A stretch of DNA of 64,000 nucleotides from contig JASCQW010000043.1 in NCBI GenBank assembly GCA_030264375.1, positions 68,828,444 through 68,892,443 on the forward strand, written 5' to 3'. Position numbers and translations under genes: made by a program. Below the pieces are notes generated by a model. It worked only from the letters and a program-made list of their open reading frames with translations. It had not been told where the DNA came from and did no database searches. Below are positions 62,111 through 64,000 of the stretch, piece by piece (position 1 is the stretch's first letter; every line of letters starts with the position of its first letter). This stretch comes from Carcharhinus longimanus (taxonomy: Eukaryota).

Positions 62111-64000
62111 GAGTCACATCTTTATGGAGAAATATAAATACTATTAAAGAGCAGATACAATTTCATTGTCATGATCTGAAGTTTATTTTAAAATTCCCTT
62201 GTCTTTAGTGTTGAGAAAAATAGGATTAAGCTGTCAGTGAGAATTAAACAACTGCCATCTGCTGGTCAACTTTGATTGACAAACACTTGGTGTATGTTAG
62301 AAAAAATGACCATCAGCTCCATAGCTTCAGTAGAATCATTTGCTGACATTTCCCATGGGCTGCTATTATGTCATTATGAATGTGTGGCTGATTTTCAAAA
62401 GCCACAGTTATCTCAGCAGGTGTTTCTGAGTTCTCAGTTTGATAGCCTAAAGATCAGCTGTCTTTGATGCGGTTATTGAATAAAACTGTTAGTTTTTAGT
62501 AAATAGATCAATTACTTGAGCATATTTAAAAGCTTTGAATGGGTTACACGAATGGGAGATTTTTCACTATCACCTGTAGCTGTTCAGGTCTTCTCATAAT
62601 GGATACTGGTTGAATGGGTATAGATGCGGCATGGAGGGGTTTGAAGAGGCATAGAGGTAGGTGAGAGCATGAGCTGGCATGTTATGAGGGGGCATAAGAT
62701 GGGTGAACAAGTATAAAGAGTGAATTCTAGAGCCCCTTATAACTTCTAAAACAGAAAGAACCAAGATGAGCCTTCTAATCAGCTCTCTTACCTACCTCCA
62801 TGACTGCTTATGATCTGCTTCCAGGGTTGGCATGCCTGGCTGTATGCTGTTGTCATGTCCCCAGAGTGAAAGAGTGAAAGCTTACAGAGCCTTTAAACTG
62901 AAGTGGATCTGCTGAGCTGAAAAATTCCTCAATTCAAGCTACCCACCTCACTAGCAAAAATCTTGGCATGGGATCTTTTAATTTTGCGTGCACAAGTAGA
63001 TTGTGCCTCTGGTTAACAATTCATCTGAAAACAACATTTCTAACAACAGTGCTCTACTCAAATGCCAGCCAAGATAAGATGCTCAAGTCCTGGAGTGGGC
63101 CTTGTACCTTGATCAAAGGAATGAATGCTGTTGCTGAGCCAAGACTACTCACAATTTGCATCAGAATAGTAGTAAGATGTAAACCTACTCATAAAATATG
63201 TCCATCTATGATTGCTCAGAGCTGTATTGCATTAGAAAGTGGATCGCTAAAGGCCAATAAGATGAAGTATTGCCACATCTTGATACCTTTTTCTAAAAAA
63301 ACATCTGAAAATGTTTTCAATGAAAACAGGATTTCAGCCACACTTCTGGCAGAGTTAAGGCAATTGAGCAGGGCCAGTTCTGATCCTACTTTCCTGCTGT
63401 GGGATTTTGTCAATATTTTTATTAAAATCTTATTTGCTGTGCCCCAAATCTACTTAAAATATCAGGAGCCTTTATAAAGATGACAAATATTTCCTTGCAT
63501 GTAGCCACTCTTTGTTTACATGGCCACATTCATTTCATTTCACTCTTCATTCATTAAAATGGTGCTCACATACACTTTCTCACTTCATTGACCAGCGTCT
63601 AATGCCAGGCTTAATAAGACTGTGAGATCACTTGTGTTAGATCAGGTATGTTAGCTGATAATTACAACTAACACTAATCTGACGTTTGATTGGGACATCA
63701 ACGGTGTTTGAAAGTGCAGCAAAAAAAGAGCAGAATAGTCCCTGTGGACGGTATTTAACATGGTCCTTGAGAATGGGTTTGGAGGTGGAGGTGGCTGGGA
63801 GAATGATGGATAAGAGGGACTCAATGGAGCAGAACCCTGGTGGTGTGACATTAGGTCCACATTATGCCTGGCTGAAAACCTGGAAGATGACATTGGCATT
63901 GTTGCTGTGACACAATGTGACTGACAAGGTAACAGACTCATTTACAGGCTGGTATTTATGATTCAGTGTTTTGCATTAAACAAGCAGCACACAGGGATCG

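Noticed and set aside
62968-63477. 169-aa ORF
   Set aside because: No recognisable motif, splice context or biased composition; plausible chance ORF.
1-64000. CRISPR arrays or prokaryotic operons
   Set aside because: No regularly spaced repeats or dense long ORFs; the content is vertebrate repeat-rich DNA.

Overview
Eukaryotic, AT-rich, repeat-dense non-coding DNA, almost certainly from a shark (cartilaginous fish). It contains HE1/V-SINE-type SINEs, CR1 LINEs, Deu-domain SINEs, PIF/Harbinger relics and MITEs, Penelope-type inverted termini with decayed hammerhead motifs, and at least seven Ty3/Gypsy LTR-retrotransposon relics. Between them lie TE-poor, TAAT-rich blocks that look like conserved non-coding elements. 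I found no intact protein-coding gene; the ORFs in the track are TE fragments or noise. The draft assembly has 10- and 100-N gaps with duplicated flanks. The standout is a minus-strand non-autonomous Gypsy element (~22.5-25.9 kb). Its single decayed ORF reads Gag N-terminal domain, then an intronless copy of the N-terminal coiled coil of the nuclear-basket nucleoporin TPR, then the Gypsy Pol C-terminal tail. A related element at 14.2-17.4 kb has the same chassis but no TPR cargo. All homology calls are by eye against remembered sequences and motifs; no database search was run.
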